A stretch of DNA of 38,038 bases from Candidatus Gottesmanbacteria bacterium RIFCSPHIGHO2_02_FULL_40_13 (GTDB taxonomy: Bacteria > Patescibacteriota > Microgenomatia > 2-02-FULL-39-11). The notes beneath the pieces are model-generated. The model was given only the letters and a program-made list of their open reading frames with translations, was not told where the DNA came from and searched no databases. Shown one piece after another: positions 37,974-38,038 of this stretch; the first letter of the stretch is position 1; every line of letters starts with the position of its first letter. The stretch covers positions 9,852-47,889 of the forward strand of contig MFJN01000020.1 of assembly GCA_001779235.1 (NCBI GenBank), given 5' to 3'. Made by a program: the position numbers and the translations under genes.

Positions 37974-38038
37974 AAATCATCGTCAAATCGCCGTTTACAG
38001 CCCTTATATCTCTATTCTTGGCGGGGGGGAAAGATATA
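37963..38038 (+). CDS. Probable GT4 glycosyltransferase, 3'-truncated
   Basis: Not in the ORF track. ATG 37963 reads MLDKNHRQIAVYSPYISILGGGERY, which contains the GG.ER N-terminal GT4 motif. Confidence 0.6.
   Translation, partial: MLDKNHRQIAVYSPYISILGGGERY

Overview
Bacterial window with standard stop-codon usage and dense, overlapping, almost entirely + strand genes. Gene content and style suggest Patescibacteria/CPR, Microgenomates-like (inference). The left ~9 kb is a cell-surface module: a tiny DUF2292/YezD-like gene, a structured leader, a secreted Asn/Thr/Gly-repeat protein, a larger paralogue with a sorting-signal-like C-terminus, a small Pro/Thr-rich sortase-substrate-like protein, a sortase and a LamG+lamin-tail-domain protein. 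The remaining ~29 kb is a glycan cluster: rmlACBD, ugd, UDP-GlcA decarboxylase, several SDR epimerases, four polyprenol-phosphate-type GT2s, GT-C membrane transferases (eight in the window overall), a Wzx flippase and more GT2/GT4s, interrupted by tgt and a short MGMT. Main finding: the same small hairpin (outer stem-GA-CCG-N4-CGG-A-outer stem, with the outer stem changed on both sides) occurs in two leaders (2377-2397, 7362-7382). Each copy is mutually exclusive with a longer downstream stem. This suggests a DUF2292-linked antitermination switch controlling a putative sortase-anchored repeat-protein fibre and possibly the glycan cluster.
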